Positions 4,910 through 6,239 of a stretch of 6,239 bases of DNA are shown here, piece by piece (position 1 is the stretch's first letter; each line of letters starts with the position of its first letter). Made by a program: the position numbers and the translations under genes. Where the stretch lies: the IMG/VR virus record IMGVR_UViG_2706794664_000014. The stretch is one strand, 5' to 3'. The notes under the pieces were generated by a model. The model was not told the origin of the DNA. It saw only the letters and a program-made list of their open reading frames with translations, and did no database searches. Origin of the DNA: a virus. Taxonomy: Duplodnaviria; Heunggongvirae; Uroviricota; Caudoviricetes.

Positions 4910-6187
4910 ATGGCACAATTTAAAGTTGATGATTTTCTGATTGAGTTAAGTTTTAACTCTCAGAAAGTTTTAAAAGGCTTGGAAAAAGCCGAGAAACAAA
5001 CGATGCAGGTAGCATCACGAATTGAGAAGCGATTGAATAAGTCGTTTAGAGTTAATCCTACGCCTTTAAATGATTCTCTCAAACTAATGGAAAGAAATGT
5101 CGATAAAACTGTTTCCAAGATTGAGCAGCGTCTTAAAAACACTAGAGCGTTTAAGATTAAAACTGAAATTGAGGATACTTTAAAGCCACTTAGACAACCA
5201 AGACAGCCACGAATTAGCGGAAGCAGAGCAATCACAGCAGCTTACTCAGCGAATATGAGCAAGCTTCGTGACTTTAATCCTATGCTTGAGAAGTATTTTA
5301 AAAGCCAGTATTACAGCTTAAGCAGTAAATCCAAGACACTTGGAAACGAAACTTTTAATCGTGAGTTAGCAAAGTTAAATCAGTCTCTTCGTGAAACACT
5401 TTCTAAGTTTAACAAGACCACCAGCAAAAATAATCACAGTGAAAATGCTTCAAATAGTCTGGATGTATTAGCTACGAGTGCAATCAAAGCAGGTACAGCC
5501 ATTTATAGTTTTCAGACAGCCTTAGAAGCTTACAGGCGGATTATGGAGGTTGGTCTGAAAAAAGAAGCATCACAACGAGCGGCACAATTCGTTTTAGGTG
5601 ATGAAGGTGCTAAACGAGCTACAGAATTTGTTAAGAATCTTGCTGATAGTAGTGGTGTAGACCAGATTGAAACATTAAGCAGTTTTGCTAAGTTTTCCGC
5701 TGGTGCTGGTGATATGAATGCAGACCAGAAAGAATCCTTATTTTCTAATGTGATTGGTACATCCAGATTAATGGGGCTAAGCACCGATGAAATTAACGGG
5801 ATTTTAAAAGCTTTCGAGCAGATGGCATCTAAAGGAAAGATTCAGGCTGAAGAGCTACGCGGTCAATTAGGTGACAGAATGGCAGGTGCTTTTCAGTTAT
5901 TTGCCAGAAGTCTTGGGATGACTACGGAAGAATTAGACAAGGCCATGAAAGACGGTAAGATTCTTTCTAAAGATGTTCTTCCTAAAGTATCCGCTGAAAT
6001 GGGAAGGATGATTGATAAAGCTGGTGGATGGGAAAAGATTATTAACTCTACTCAGACGCAGTTAGGCCGCTTAAGTAATTCATGGAATAATAATCTGGCC
6101 TTAATGTTCGATGGTTCACAGGAAGGTTTAACAGACTTTACAAGGTCACTGACTAATTTACTTAATTCACTAAATAGCTGCGCTTAA
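4910..6187 (+). CDS. Phage tail tape-measure-like protein, N-terminal portion (425 aa)
   Basis: SD GAGG at 4894-4897, ATG 4910. N-terminus MAQFKVDDFLIELSFNSQKVLKGLEKAEK follows the pattern of the lambda gpH N-terminus as I recall it. Residues about 300-370 (GILKAFEQMASKGKIQAEELRGQLGDRMAGAFQLFARSLGMTTEELDKAMKDGKILSKDVLPKVSAEM) match the conserved tape-measure domain motif from memory. Low-complexity coiled-coil stretch between. Needs HMM confirmation. Confidence 0.7.
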   Translation: MAQFKVDDFLIELSFNSQKVLKGLEKAEKQTMQVASRIEKRLNKSFRVNPTPLNDSLKLMERNVDKTVSKIEQRLKNTRAFKIKTEIEDTLKPLRQPRQPRISGSRAITAAYSANMSKLRDFNPMLEKYFKSQYYSLSSKSKTLGNETFNRELAKLNQSLRETLSKFNKTTSKNNHSENASNSLDVLATSAIKAGTAIYSFQTALEAYRRIMEVGLKKEASQRAAQFVLGDEGAKRATEFVKNLADSSGVDQIETLSSFAKFSAGAGDMNADQKESLFSNVIGTSRLMGLSTDEINGILKAFEQMASKGKIQAEELRGQLGDRMAGAFQLFARSLGMTTEELDKAMKDGKILSKDVLPKVSAEMGRMIDKAGGWEKIINSTQTQLGRLSNSWNNNLALMFDGSQEGLTDFTRSLTNLLNSLNSCA

Positions 6188-6204
6188 TACCGCTACACTT
6201 TTGC

Positions 6205-6235
6205 CAGCCCATGTTTGCCTCCGGGGAATGGGCTG
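6205..6235 (+). other. GC-rich hairpin (cagcccat / atgggctg, 8-bp stem, 15-nt loop) 18 nt after the stop codon
   Basis: Perfect 8-bp inverted repeat at 6205-6212 and 6228-6235. Local GC is about 60% against about 38% for the window. Window ends before any T-tract could be seen. Confidence 0.4.
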
Positions 6236-6239
6236 ACGG

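Noticed and set aside
4960-5784. Minus-strand ORFs 4960..5235 and 5530..5784
   Set aside because: Antisense within the tape-measure-like gene; typical shadow ORFs.

Overview
AT-rich 6.2 kb window (about 38% GC by eye) with compact, almost entirely plus-strand gene organisation and Shine-Dalgarno sites of the AGGAGG type, so bacterial and most likely phage- or prophage-derived. Two N-runs (665-856 and 1347-1606) are unreadable and hide the start of one gene. Left half: a 518 bp non-coding leader, a possible small minus-strand membrane-protein gene, then a tightly coupled four-gene block (partial hypothetical, ribbon-helix-helix-like protein, divergent HNH-like protein, small protein). That block is bracketed by copies of a roughly 100-120 bp intergenic element with conserved inverted arms and a variable centre, which I cannot assign to a known class. 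Right half: an acidic small protein with a coupled 21-aa hydrophobic peptide, a near-consensus sigma70 promoter followed by terminator-like hairpins in a 515 bp leader, two hypothetical genes, a clean intrinsic terminator, and a 425-aa protein with a tail tape-measure-like N-terminus and domain. That last ORF stops early for a tape-measure protein and is followed by a GC-rich hairpin. No integrase, reverse transcriptase, Cas gene, CRISPR array, tRNA or rRNA was seen. All product calls are from reading the translations, not from searches.
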